Below, one piece after another: positions 49,744 to 61,590 of a stretch of 64,000 bases of DNA. Made by a program: the position numbers and the translations under genes. The stretch lies in contig CM061251.1 in assembly GCA_022605425.2 (NCBI GenBank), forward strand, positions 620,001-684,000, given 5' to 3'. Every line of letters begins with the position of its first letter. Position 1 is the first letter of the stretch. The DNA is from Hamiltosporidium tvaerminnensis FI-OER-3-3. Taxonomy: Eukaryota > Fungi > Microsporidia. The notes below the pieces were generated by a model. The model made no database searches and was not told the origin of the DNA. It saw only the letters and a program-made list of their open reading frames with translations.

Positions 49744-52700
49744 AATTACCGATAGACTTTAAATTTATAGAATTTGTAGGGTCTCAAACCCACCCATATT
49801 TCTTACATATTTTTATATGACGATTTTTTCGAAAAATTTTGCATGATCCGTTATTTCACAAATTCTTTTTGACTCCGCAAATATTTAAAAAAAGAATTTT
49901 TCTCTTTTTGCTAAATTTCACAATGATAAGTTAAGAATTTATTTTATAGCTACATAGGTAAATTTCCTTTCAAAAATATTTTAGAATGTTACACTTTTTA
50001 CGAATGAAAAAAGATCGAAAGATCATTTTTTTAAGAAATTTGTTTTAATAGCGTTATTATAAATTACAAATATTTTTAATTTATACTTCATTATTCATAC
50101 ATTAAACTTTTTATTCTACAAAATAGATCTTAAATAAAAAAAATTTGCGTAAAACAAATCAAACTGTGAAATTCTTTCGTGTATATATGCCTCGTTTTAT
50201 ATTGCGGATTTATCTCTGAAAGATAAATAACTCGGAACCTGATTTGATCTTCGTCCATTAAAATTCTTTCTCTAAATTAATAAAACTACAATTCAACTCT
50301 AAAGCGATTTTTATACAATTCTCGATATTATCTTTATTATACTAGGATAAGTATTGGGGCTTTAATTGATATGTCATGCTCATTAAGAGCAATCTCTATG
50401 CCCCATTCGCATAATTCTGGTTTTGATTTAAAATGACCACTGTGAAAATATTTTAATAGAATGTAATATCATGTGAGTTTCGTTTTTATTATTTTGCTTC
50501 AAGAAACTGAATTGTTTAAACTCGGTTGTCAAAAGAAAAGTATAAAAAAATCTAACTACTTTATCTGGCACACTCTGTTATAAGTATAAAAATCATTATT
50601 CAGATTTTCAAGTCCACTATATTATCTTCGATGGGATTTTTTTGATAACTATATTTTTGTAGTCTGTTTATACGTTATAATCGACTTTACGCTTCTATAA
50701 TCCGTTATCTTTCATCTTTAAATTTAATACATATAGCAGTCGATAATATTTTAGGGCATTCATTAGATCTTGGTTGCAATAAAATTGTATTGCTACTAGA
50801 ACACCAAAGTTTTCAACCAAAAATCTATTACATATTTCACTGATCACGAAGCTTTTAAATCATATTAGAATCTGGAAATATTCTTTGTATATCAGATATA
50901 TCGAAAACCATGTAATATTGATCGTTTAATGGGTTTATCCTTCGAGATTAGTAAATAATATGTATTCTCGGGTTTTGAAATATTTTGTTACAAACTTTTT
51001 TCTGTTTTAATAACTTACATTATGTGGAATTTTGATACAGTATTTTATTTATATACGATATAGAGATTTTTTGTAAACAATGAAGCAAAAACTATGAAAC
51101 AATTTATTAATTTTATAAGTTTTCGAGGGTTTTTTTTCGTTTTGCAGGCAAAAAAAAAGAAATACTGAGAAAACCGCAAAAAACAAAGTAGAACGGAAAA
51201 AATATATACATTTGATATTATGTAGATATTTAGCAAGTCCTGATTTATTTTATACAAAAAATTGTTAAGATTGTTAAGTGTAAGTAAAAGAAGTAATATG
51301 ATACTGGATTTGTATAGGAGCAACAAGAAATGACTAAATTATATAAGTAATGCAATAATTGTATGTATAAAAACCGAAAGGTAAAATAATTTAAATTGCT
51401 TAAGACATAAAAAGAAAAGCTTATTTAATCATTACAATAATTATATATAAGATAGTTTTAGTTTAATTAAAAATCAAGATATATAATTTATTTTGTAATT
51501 AAATCAATATCCGCGTTTCGCAAATTTAACAGTTCTGGATATTTTAAAGATAATAATTCGCGAATGTCGATTCTCACAATAGAAACATTTTTTTTCAATT
51601 GTAACTGTTGTATTTTATATTTAAGTGTCTTGATTTAGAAACATAAGATACTTCGAAACGATTTTGATGATAACAACAAAATATTATAAAAAAACTCATC
51701 CATTTATTTCTTTGCTCGTAGGCAAGGGTACTATTATTCCAAAAATTCTACAAATACATGATCTTAGCTTGATTTAAATCATCTTTATTTCAAATTATAA
51801 GAGTTAATCTTTGATTTGTACTGAAATTCTTTCTAATATGAATTTAAGCCAGGATTAAGTTTTTTTAAATCACTTAAATGTATTAGAATTTGGATTTTGG
51901 AACATTTTAATAATTTCGAGCTGAATTAAAAAACATAAAAACTCCAATACAATATATAGTAAAATATTTTATCGATGTTTATTTGATAAATAAATCTTTA
52001 TAAAAGCCAAATATATCAAATATATTCAGTATAACATTAAAAAATATAAATATATTAGTAGTATATCATTATACTTAATAATTCCACATTTTAAATTAAA
52101 AATTATATTTTTGACTGATCGAATAATGTTCAAACATAATTAATTCATTTTCTATGGATTCATTATGCCAAGACTGTTTTAAAAGGTATTTTCTAAACGA
52201 TTAAACAACTTTAAATTTATATTTTATACTATCATATTCAATACATTAAGGATGAAAGAAGGCTTTGCAACACTCCTGAAATCCTAAAATCGGATAAATA
52301 AAAAAAAAGGCAAAGAAATAAAGACATCCCACTTTTCAACTCTTAGATATTTCAGGTAAAAAAATCAACCACCCAAGTATTTTGTTTCTTATCGAAATCA
52401 TATGTTTTCAGTAAAACATAAAACCACTTTAGTTCGATGCGAGCAAAAATAAAACCAATTTTTGCAATTTTAGAACCGCAAATTATTTTTAGAAGTTCTT
52501 AAATATACTGATTATACGATAGTGATGGCATGGATTGGCTAAGATTTTTCTTACTGCATTTTACATACAAAACATAAAATATAGCAATTAGCATAATGCA
52601 GGCCTTATAAAAAATCAGAATCAAAATTGGTATTTTTAACGGTATTTTTTCTATTAGGTTGTGTCTGGCATTAATTCAAATGACAAAAATGACAGATTCT

Positions 52701-53112
52701 GCACAAATAGATAAAATTCTGACTAGAAAAATTCAGAATTACGATATTAGATAAATAATATTTCCTTGTGAAGTGAAAGCCACGAAGCAAACCTGAAGAT
52801 CATCGGAATTCTGAATATTGTCATAAAAGACTACAGTAGTCAGTTATAAAGTTGTAATATTTGTGAAAAAAATGAGACTTAGCCTTTTCATAAGGTGTAA
52901 AACAAAATATTAGGCTTTGAATAAATAAAATAACCAACAACATATTTACTATAATAAATTATAATCTTTTTGTTTTGCAATTCAATCAAGTAAATATTAT
53001 TTTTAGAAATAAAATATTATCATTATAAGCAGTTAGCATAGTAAAAAATCTTATGAAGAACATTAAATGCCATATATCACATATTAAGAACGAAAGGCAA
53101 AAGGTTATTAAA

Positions 53113-53377
53113 AAGTAAATAACTTATAAAGAAATGAAATCTCATATACTTTTAGATTAAGAGTTAAAGACTTATAATAAGTAAATAACTTATAAAGAAA
53201 AGAAATTTCATATACTTTTAGAATAGGAGTTAAGGATATAGTAGATTACTTATAAAGAAAAGAAATTTCATATACTTTTAGAATAGGAGTTAAGGATATA
53301 GTAGATTACTTATAAAGAAAAGAAATTTCATATACTTTAGAATAGGAGTTAAGGATATAGTAAATTACTTATAAAGA
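53113..53377. repeat. ~60-bp tandem repeat (4-5 copies) upstream of SMC1
   Basis: ACTTATAAAGAAAAGAAATTTCATATACTTTTAGAATAGGAGTTAAGGATATAGTAGATT units. Confidence 0.9.
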
Positions 53378-53436
53378 ACAAGATTTGTATTAAATATTTT
53401 ATTAAATATTTTTTATTAGAAATAAAAGTTAATCCC

Positions 53437-56400
53437 ATGTTAGAAAAGATAGAAGTTGAAAATTTTAAATCATATAACGGTAAATGTATAATAGGTCCGT
53501 TTACTAAATATACATGTATTGTAGGACCAAATGGTTCTGGTAAAAGCAATATAATAGATGCTATATGCTTTGTATTATGTATTCCAATAAAAAATTTACG
53601 TGTAAGTAAATTGAGTCAACTTATTAACGGTGTAAATACTTATATGTCAGTAACTTTATATATAAATACTGAAAATGAATTGAGATTGAAACGCAAGATT
53701 GTTTTGAGAGAAAGGGAAGGCAAGGATGAGAAAGAAGACAGTTGTGTTGTAAGTAGTTATTTTGTAAATGATATTAGTAAATCGTATTCTGAATATTTGG
53801 AAGTATTGAGTTCGTTAAATTTTTTTCCAAAAATTAAAAACTTTTTAATTTTTCAAAACGATATTGGGTGTTTGTCATTGAAATCATCAAAAGAAATATT
53901 AGAATCGGTAGAAGAGATATGTGGATCAATAGAATATAAACCTAAATATGAAGAATTATCTAAAAAATTTAATGAAATTACACTTTCACTTGGGCGTATA
54001 AGTGATATGAAAAAGAAGACTTTGAATTTTATTAAAGAGACCAAACACGAACAGCAGCAACAAAATAAAATTAAAAATCTTCTTTCCTTAAAAGAAAGTA
54101 GGTCTATACTTTTAGTTTTAGCAAATTTAAAGATTCAAGAAAATTCTATGATGAATATTAAAGAAAAAATTTCTGAATTAAATTTTGAAAAAAATATTTT
54201 AAATGAAAAAAACGAGTCAAAAATGTTGGAAGAACAAAAATTTAAGACATTTGGTTTACAGAAGGAAATGTTAAAGATGGAAGAATTCAAAAATATAAAT
54301 TTGGAAAAAATTAAAAATATTACAAAATTTTATGAAGAATTATGTGGATCAGAAATTTTGAAAGAAAAAAATGAAAATGAAATTTATGCGAAAAAAAGTA
54401 AAATAAAATTTTATTTGCATGAAAAGTATAAAGAAGTAGAAAAATGTAAAAACGAACTTGTTTATATTGAAGAATCTTTTAAAAAGGTAATGGAAAATAA
54501 TGAAGAAAAGAGAAAGAAAAAGGAATTTTATATTGAAAAGTACGGTGATATTTTTAATGAATGTGAAGATTTATTTTTACAAAAATGTAGAAATAATTTA
54601 CGAGAATTTAAAGAAGAAGAAATGGAAATTTACAGTTTAAAAGATCAAATTAAAAAATTTAAAATTAAGTTAGAAATTATAAATAAAGAAATTTCTAAAT
54701 TTGATAAAGAAAAGGATTTTTTAGGATTTGAAGAAAATTTAGAAGAAAAATTAAATTTATTAAAAAAAAATAAGGAAAATATTTTTTTAAAAATAAAAAC
54801 GGATTTAAAAAAAGTTGAAGAATTAGAAAATAAAGAAATTGAATTTAATAATCAACTTAATATTTTAATGAAAAAAATTATGGATTTAAAAGTTTTTAAA
54901 ATCGAAGGAGATAAACGAACTAAAATGCGGTTATTTGTAAAAACACTTCAACAGATAAATTCAAGTGTTTATGGAGAATTTAATAATTTTATAGAAGTGA
55001 GTCAGAAAAAATATGAAAAAGGAATTGGATTATTAATGAAAGGAAACGAATATTCCGTAGTCGTAGAAAATGATGAAGTAGCAATTGATTGTGTAAATTA
55101 TGTAAAAGAATACAATAAGAAGTACTTTGGAACAAAGGTTGGTAGAATTACGTTTCTTCCGTTGAAAGAAATTAAAGGAAGACATGTGAAAGGAGAATTT
55201 AGAAATTTAAGCGGTGCAGTTCCTGCTATCGACACTTTAATTTATGATTCTAAATATAAAAATGTGGTTGAATATGTTTTTGAGGATGGAATTATAGCAG
55301 AGAATTTAGAACTTGCTAAGGATTTGGTCTATGAAAAGAAAATCAAAACTAGAGTGGTAACACACGATGGTGTCTTATTTAATTTGAATGGAACAATTAC
55401 TGGTTCGTCTTCGAAATCATTTTTTGAAGAAAAAGACAATTCGATTTCCGAATTGCTTTTTGAAAGAAATAAAATTTTAGATTCCTTGAAAACAATTTAT
55501 GATTCGAAACAAAATTTATCTCACATCGAAATTTTTAGAGAAAAAATAAATAATTTTGATTTAAAGATTGAGGAAACAGAAAAATTAATTTTAGAAAAAA
55601 ATGAAAAACGAAAACTTGAAACTGAAAAAATAAATAAATTGAATGAAAATAAAAAAGAATTAGAAAGTCTAATTCAGGAAAAAGAAAATTCTTTAAATCT
55701 TTTGGAACACAAAATTGAAAAAAATCAAAAAAGAATAAAAAAATACGAAAATAAAATTTTTATTCCATTTTTAGAAAAAAGTAAAATTACAGTTGAGGAG
55801 TTTAGAAACCTCCAAGAAGATTTAAATGATTTTTATTTAAAAAGTGATTATGAAAACAAAAGAAAAGAAATCGAAATTAAATTAGATTTGATTAAAGATG
55901 AAATTAATAAATTTCAAAGTAAATTAAATGAATTAGAAAATGAAAGTATGTTTAAATTTATTATTCCACAATCTATTATAGACAGTGTAGATATAAATCA
56001 AGAAATGGAAATCAAAACAGTAATTAATATTTTAGAGACTTGTATTTCCAAATATCAAATTGAAAATGAAAATTATACGACAGAAATTCAAAAATTAAAA
56101 GAAAAATTTTTAATAGAAAAAAACAAATTTGAATTTATGAATAAAAAAATTACAGATTTTTTAGAAAAAATAAATTCAATCGAATCCGAAGTTATAAATT
56201 ATATGAATCAATATGAAAGAATAAACGAAGAAAGACTTGAAAACCTTAGAATGGCACTTTTAGATGAAATAAATATTCCTATTCTCGAAGGAAATTTAAA
56301 TGAATATAAAAAAGATTTAATTGTTGATTATTCTATATTAGAAAACGAGCTACAAAATTCAAACCTCAAGTCCACCCAAAATTTCGATAATGAAAATTTT

Positions 56401-57141
56401 GGAAACATAAATGAAAATAAAATTGAAAATAATAAAGAAAATTATGAAAATGAAACTATATCGACTAAAGAAATAATTAATGATACCTCTAAATATAATA
56501 TTTTAAAAAATATGCTATCAGACGAGTTAAAAGAAATTACAAAGCAATTGGATTTGTTCATTCCGTTAGTAAAGAACAACAATTCAAATTTAGAATCAAA
56601 TCTCTCGGATTTGAACGAAGAACATTCAAAAATAAAATTTGAATGGCAAAAGACCAAAGAAGATCTAAAAAACATAAAAAACCAAAGACAAGAAATATTT
56701 ATGAATTGTTTTAACAAAATAAGCAACAGCATAACAAGAATATACAAAGAACTTACCAAATCAGAAAGTGAAGGAAGTGCATATCTAATCTTAGAAAACA
56801 CTGATGATCCATTTAAAGAAGGTATAAAATACCACGTAATGCCACCACGTAAAAGATTTAGAGAAATTAAAGATTTAAGTGGTGGAGAACAGAGTATAGC
56901 TTCACTAGCACTTCTTTTTGCTATTCAGGAATACAAACCCTCCCTTTTTTACATTTTTGATGAAATTGATGCTCCACTCGACAAATTCAATGTTTTTAAA
57001 CTTTCTCAATATTTTGAAAATTTTCCAACACAAAAAATTATTGTCACACATAAAATTAATTTATTTCAGTTTTCTGAGTCTTTAATTGGTGTTTATAAGA
57101 ATAAAGAAGGTGTTAGTAAGACATTGAGTTATAGGTATTAA
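53437..57141 (+). CDS. SMC1: Cohesin subunit SMC1 (1234 aa)
   Basis: Walker A GPNGSGKSN, hinge GRITFLPL, SMC1-type PFKEGIKYHVMPPRKRFR, signature LSGGE, Walker B DEIDAPLD; CCC directly before the ATG. Confidence 0.95.
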   Translation: MLEKIEVENFKSYNGKCIIGPFTKYTCIVGPNGSGKSNIIDAICFVLCIPIKNLRVSKLSQLINGVNTYMSVTLYINTENELRLKRKIVLREREGKDEKEDSCVVSSYFVNDISKSYSEYLEVLSSLNFFPKIKNFLIFQNDIGCLSLKSSKEILESVEEICGSIEYKPKYEELSKKFNEITLSLGRISDMKKKTLNFIKETKHEQQQQNKIKNLLSLKESRSILLVLANLKIQENSMMNIKEKISELNFEKNILNEKNESKMLEEQKFKTFGLQKEMLKMEEFKNINLEKIKNITKFYEELCGSEILKEKNENEIYAKKSKIKFYLHEKYKEVEKCKNELVYIEESFKKVMENNEEKRKKKEFYIEKYGDIFNECEDLFLQKCRNNLREFKEEEMEIYSLKDQIKKFKIKLEIINKEISKFDKEKDFLGFEENLEEKLNLLKKNKENIFLKIKTDLKKVEELENKEIEFNNQLNILMKKIMDLKVFKIEGDKRTKMRLFVKTLQQINSSVYGEFNNFIEVSQKKYEKGIGLLMKGNEYSVVVENDEVAIDCVNYVKEYNKKYFGTKVGRITFLPLKEIKGRHVKGEFRNLSGAVPAIDTLIYDSKYKNVVEYVFEDGIIAENLELAKDLVYEKKIKTRVVTHDGVLFNLNGTITGSSSKSFFEEKDNSISELLFERNKILDSLKTIYDSKQNLSHIEIFREKINNFDLKIEETEKLILEKNEKRKLETEKINKLNENKKELESLIQEKENSLNLLEHKIEKNQKRIKKYENKIFIPFLEKSKITVEEFRNLQEDLNDFYLKSDYENKRKEIEIKLDLIKDEINKFQSKLNELENESMFKFIIPQSIIDSVDINQEMEIKTVINILETCISKYQIENENYTTEIQKLKEKFLIEKNKFEFMNKKITDFLEKINSIESEVINYMNQYERINEERLENLRMALLDEINIPILEGNLNEYKKDLIVDYSILENELQNSNLKSTQNFDNENFGNINENKIENNKENYENETISTKEIINDTSKYNILKNMLSDELKEITKQLDLFIPLVKNNNSNLESNLSDLNEEHSKIKFEWQKTKEDLKNIKNQRQEIFMNCFNKISNSITRIYKELTKSESEGSAYLILENTDDPFKEGIKYHVMPPRKRFREIKDLSGGEQSIASLALLFAIQEYKPSLFYIFDEIDAPLDKFNVFKLSQYFENFPTQKIIVTHKINLFQFSESLIGVYKNKEGVSKTLSYRY

Positions 57142-57149
57142 AAGGTAGG

Positions 57150-57495
57150 GATATAAATCTAGTAATAAAGGGGTGTTAAATTTTAGTAGTCTAATAGGGT
57201 ATTAAATTACTATTAGTAATAAAGGGGTGTAAGTTATACTAGTAGTAGTAAAGGGGTGTTAAATCACTATTAGTAATAAAGGGGTTTTAAATCACTATTA
57301 CTAATAGTGATTTAAATTATAGTAGTATTACTAATAGGGTGTTAAATTATACTATTAGTATTAAAGGGGTGTTAAATTATACTAGTAGTAATAAAGGGGT
57401 GTAAGTTATACTAATAGTATTAAAGGGGTGTTAAATTATAGTAGTATTACTAATAGGGTGTTAAATTATAGTAGTATTACTAATAGGGTGTTAAA
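57150..57495. repeat. GGGGTGTTAA-containing minisatellite with an internal 31-bp perfect palindrome
   Basis: Units of roughly 30-36 bp; TTTAAATCACTATTA-C-TAATAGTGATTTAAA at 57286-57316. Confidence 0.85.
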
Positions 57496-57967
57496 TAACA
57501 TACCCTTTATTAAAGTATATTAATGTTTTTTCTAGAAAGTTTTTAATTTAATTTCTTTAACAATTAACCATTTATATATTAAAAATATATTTTATTATTC
57601 ATATGACTTATAACCTTTTAAATATATATTTTATTTAAATTATATTTTCTTATTTCTTTACTCTTACTGTTAGTAGTTGTATTATAATTCTATTAGTAAC
57701 AAATTACTTTGCTATTATTTTACTAATATTTTACTCTTATTAACATAATCTATTACTCTTCTTATTATTACTATTATTACTAAGGTACTTTTATTACTTT
57801 TAATACTACTACTTATTTTTCTCTTACTCCTATTATTATTACTATTACTTTTATTCTAACATACTCTTATTACCCATCTACTTATCTTTCTTTTACTCCT
57901 ATTATTATCCCTTCTAAAACCTTTTTTTTTCTTATTTAAAGATTTAAACAACCCATTGTTACAAGAA

Positions 57968-58501
57968 ATGTTACAAATAATATTTGTGTGTCTTTCATTG
58001 ACAATAGTAACACTTTCTTACGTAAAAAGTAAAAACAAGAATACTGTGACACCTTTAGTAGGACAGAACACTGAATTAGAAAAATTTTATATTTTACAGG
58101 ACCAAGGAGCAAACCAAAATATACTGATGAAGCAATTACAAGCAGCTGCACTGTTTGTAACTGAGAATTTTGTACGTCTGTCGGAAGAAAGAAGTGTGTT
58201 GTATGATTTGTACAGTGAGCGAATGATAAGTTATTTGCAGTGGAAAAATATTGAAAAAACACTTTCGCGGCTTTCTTTTGAAAAGATGAGTATTGAATCT
58301 GAGGTTGAGGCTCTGAAAAATGGGTGGTCTTCTAAAATGTTCGGTGATTGTGAAAAAGAGGTTAGTAAGAATTTATTGGTTAGTGATAAACTTAAGAAGG
58401 AGAATAGAAATAATGAAGATTCTTTTTATTTAAGGAAACGAGAAGTTCTTGAGAGAGAGGTTGTTAGAAGACTTAAAGAGAATAATAGAGAGGAGTTATA
58501 G
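57968..58501 (+). CDS. SEC66: Sec66/Sec71-like ER translocation subunit
   Basis: N-terminal TM helix; LQAAAL..L.E.R..L..L....I....W and E.EAL..GW...F pattern like Sec66. The first ATG is at 57968, after a CCC motif. Confidence 0.65.
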   Translation: MLQIIFVCLSLTIVTLSYVKSKNKNTVTPLVGQNTELEKFYILQDQGANQNILMKQLQAAALFVTENFVRLSEERSVLYDLYSERMISYLQWKNIEKTLSRLSFEKMSIESEVEALKNGWSSKMFGDCEKEVSKNLLVSDKLKKENRNNEDSFYLRKREVLEREVVRRLKENNREEL

Positions 58502-59225
58502 GGGTGTAAGGGTAATGAGAGAGATAGGGAGAATAAAGGGTGTTAGTGATTACAGAAGAGTTATAGGGGTGTTAGGATGATAGGGAGAATAAAGGGTATC
58601 GAGGTAAGGGTGTTAGTGATTAGAGAAGAGTTATAGGGGTGTTAGGATGATAGGGAGAATAAAGGGTATTGAGGTAAGGGTGTTAGTGATTACAGAAGAG
58701 TTATAGGGGTGTTAGGGTATTAGGATGATACGGAGAATAAAGGGTATTGAGGTAAGGGTGTTAGTGATTAGAGAAGTGTTATAGGGGTTTTAGGATGATA
58801 GGGAGAATAAAGAGTTATAGGGGTGATAAGAGTAGTAGAGTGATAGGAATAAGAGGGTGTTAATAAGGTAATGTTATATAAAAGGGGTGTTTAACAATAG
58901 TACTGTTATATAAAAGGGGTGTTAATAATGTAGTAGACTATTAAAGGGTATCAGTTACAATAAATGTATAAAAGGCTTTATTTTAAGTTTCTTAATACTA
59001 TAACACTGTTATATAAAAGGGTGTTAATTTATAAATATATTAAACGCTAACAAAGTGTGTTAATTTATATAGTTTTTATAGAAGTGCTAAAAGGGTGTTA
59101 AATAATATAGTTTATCTAATAGTATAAAAGGGTGTTAATTTATATAGTTTTTATAGAAGTGCTAAAGGGGGTTAATTTATATAGTTTATCATATAAACAT
59201 AAAAGGGTGTTAATTTATATAGTTT
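58493..59225. repeat. G-rich tandem arrays (70-bp unit seeded by the SEC66 stop region, then GGGTGTTAA units)
   Basis: GAGTTATAGGGGTGT at 58493, 58558, 58628 and 58698. Confidence 0.85.
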
Positions 59226-59416
59226 ATTTATTTACATATTCTATCTGTGTTTTACTAACAAGACTACAATTAAGGGTAATATATAAAGAAGTAAATCATA
59301 AGTTAAAATATATAAGAACAAACTAAAATAAAAATTAAATATAAATATAAAAATTAAATAAAATCAGTTTATTAAACATTCTGGTTTTCAAACACAGAAA
59401 TTCTATCGAATAAATA

Positions 59417-60147
59417 TTTTTTTTATTTAAAAATATCACATCTTTTTTAAAACAGCGGCAAGTGTTATATTTGTTTTCATGACATTAACGCAGTTCTAGG
59501 TTTAAGATAAATAACTGCTACCCCAACACTCCATCGGTAACCCCTGCGATACCTACGTCCCAAAGCCTTTCATTTACCAGGTGTGTAGAACCTAATTACT
59601 AGGCGAGGAAGTTGCCCGGAGTTCGTTAATGTCCGTTGCATGGTGTGTGATCGAAGGCCGAAGCCCCCTGGGCTCCCCCAAGACCATGCAGCATTCCTAC
59701 TTACTCTACCCTTTCCGAACCCAATAAACTTCTAGCTAAGATATATTTCAGAGATTTACATGGGGTCCACCTAGACAGTGCAATGTCATACCAACAGATA
59801 TAACCTACTACTTAGCTCTCCCAACTTTTAATGGGTTTTATTTTTATATCTCACAGGTGCTAGTCTTCTAACCCGAGTGAGCAAGGCTAGGTTTCCATGC
59901 TTTTACATGGCAATTACCTACATGTTCAGCTGCGGTCTGCAATCTGGTTACATAAAAAACTACAAATAAATTTGTAGAAAAAGTTTCTCCATTTCGTAGA
60001 CCTCTCCTTCTCATAACAACTCCCAAAGAACAACCGAAGATGTAGTGTGGTTTTATTCCCACCAAAAATCCAAACAATGACCTCACATCAGTTTCATACA
60101 CTCATTGCCAAGCAGAAAGTTTTTTATGTGGTTATCCTCCCTCCACC
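59417..60147 (-). mobile_element. ~730-nt SINE-like retroposed element, full-length copy with perfect 15-bp TSD and A tail
   Basis: TCTATCGAATAAATA at 59402-59416 and 60148-60162; same 5' nucleotide as the 30533 copy; ends TAAATAAAAAAAA. Confidence 0.92.
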
Positions 60148-60184
60148 TCTATCGAATAAATAAAAATTAAATAAAATCAGTTTA

Positions 60185-60505
60185 TTAAATATTCTGGTTT
60201 TCAAACACTGAAATTTTATCAAATATTTTAACAATAATATTTTCTAACGAAGTAAGACCATTTTTAACCGTATGTGCCATATTAGATATATTTTGGTCGT
60301 TTTCTTCTGTATATTGTATTCTGAGATTAGATATTTGTTCAGATGGATGTGGTATAGTATAACCTACTATATCTACTTCTGGACTGCATAGTTGTATTGT
60401 ATATCTTAGTGCGTTCATCAGTGTGTGGTCTTCGTTATGTATTGATAGTGTGAAATTGTTGAGTGGTTTTATTTTTTGTGGGTTTTGGTCGGTGTTTTGT
60501 GACAT
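60185..60505 (-). CDS. RPC19: RNA polymerase I/III shared subunit AC19 (RPAC2)
   Basis: [21 protein letters not shown] motif of the RPB11/AC19 family; ALRY and PHPSE favour AC19; CCCCC before the ATG. Confidence 0.88.
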   Translation of the reverse strand: MSQNTDQNPQKIKPLNNFTLSIHNEDHTLMNALRYTIQLCSPEVDIVGYTIPHPSEQISNLRIQYTEENDQNISNMAHTVKNGLTSLENIIVKIFDKISVFENQNI

Positions 60506-60730
60506 TTATATGGGGGACTGTAAAATATTAGTTGGTAAGTAAATATTTTATTAAAAGAAGAGATATTGTGCGAATAAGTAAATATTTTATTAGAGGAAGA
60601 ATATGGGTTAGAGATAGAGTTATATAAAGGAATATATTTTAGGTTTAGTTTAGAAACGAAAATGGTGTTTCTAGATATTTTTATTTAAGAAGAAACGTTT
60701 TAATATCTATAGTTTATTAAATAGATAAGA

Positions 60731-61446
60731 TTATTGAAGAAATATCACATCTTTGTTAAAAATAATGGTAATTATTATATCTTTAAAGGTTATACAGCTT
60801 TTTAAGTTGAAAATATAAAAACTGCACCCCTAAAACTATAATTATCTCTTAAGAAACTACAACCCAACGCTTTTCTAATAAAAGGTGCCTCGAAAATATT
60901 TAAAGGCAGTCAGTGTCTGGGTTTCGTTAATGTCGATTGCATAGAGTATTATCATGGGCAGACTTACTCTTGACTCACCCAAAGCTATGCTGCATTCCGG
61001 CTTACGCTACACTTTCCGAACCTAATAAACTTCTAGCTAAAATATATTTCGGCAACTTACATATGGCCCACCTAGACAGTCCAATATTACACCAACAAGT
61101 AAAACTTTCTACTTAGCATTTCTGGCTTTTAAAATGTATGTGTTAGTATACTTCAAACATAAATATTCTAATTCGTGTGAGTGAAGCTAGGTTTCCTATG
61201 CTTTTACATGGCAATTACCTATAATTTCAACCGTACCCTCGGATATATTCACTTATAGAACCACTAACTATGTTTGTAGACGATGTTTCGACATTTCGTA
61301 GACCTTCTATCTATGTAAACACATAATAGCAATTAAGATATAGTGTGATTTTCATACAATCAAAAAACTAAAAAAGAATTTTTAAATCAAGTTCATACAA
61401 GCATTACCAAGCAGTTATATTTTATTCTGGTATACTTCTTATCAAT
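60731..61446 (-). mobile_element. ~730-nt SINE-like family, diverged copy
   Basis: Shares CTAATAAACTTCTAGCTAA, CCACCTAGACAGT, GCTTTTACATGGCAATTACCTA and CCAAGCAG with 59417-60147. Confidence 0.85.
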
Positions 61447-61590
61447 AGACGATAGAATAAACACCGTTTATCTATAAAAAAGAATTTTTGAAAGGAATTA
61501 AAAATCTGGGAAGTCATTTTCTAAAAAGCAGTTATCATTTATTTTTTAAATTTTTAAAAGATTTTTTTATTCAAAAAAATAAATCCTTTA

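Noticed and set aside
52785-52825. CTGAAGA hammerhead-like core
   Set aside because: No GAAA partner or closing stems.
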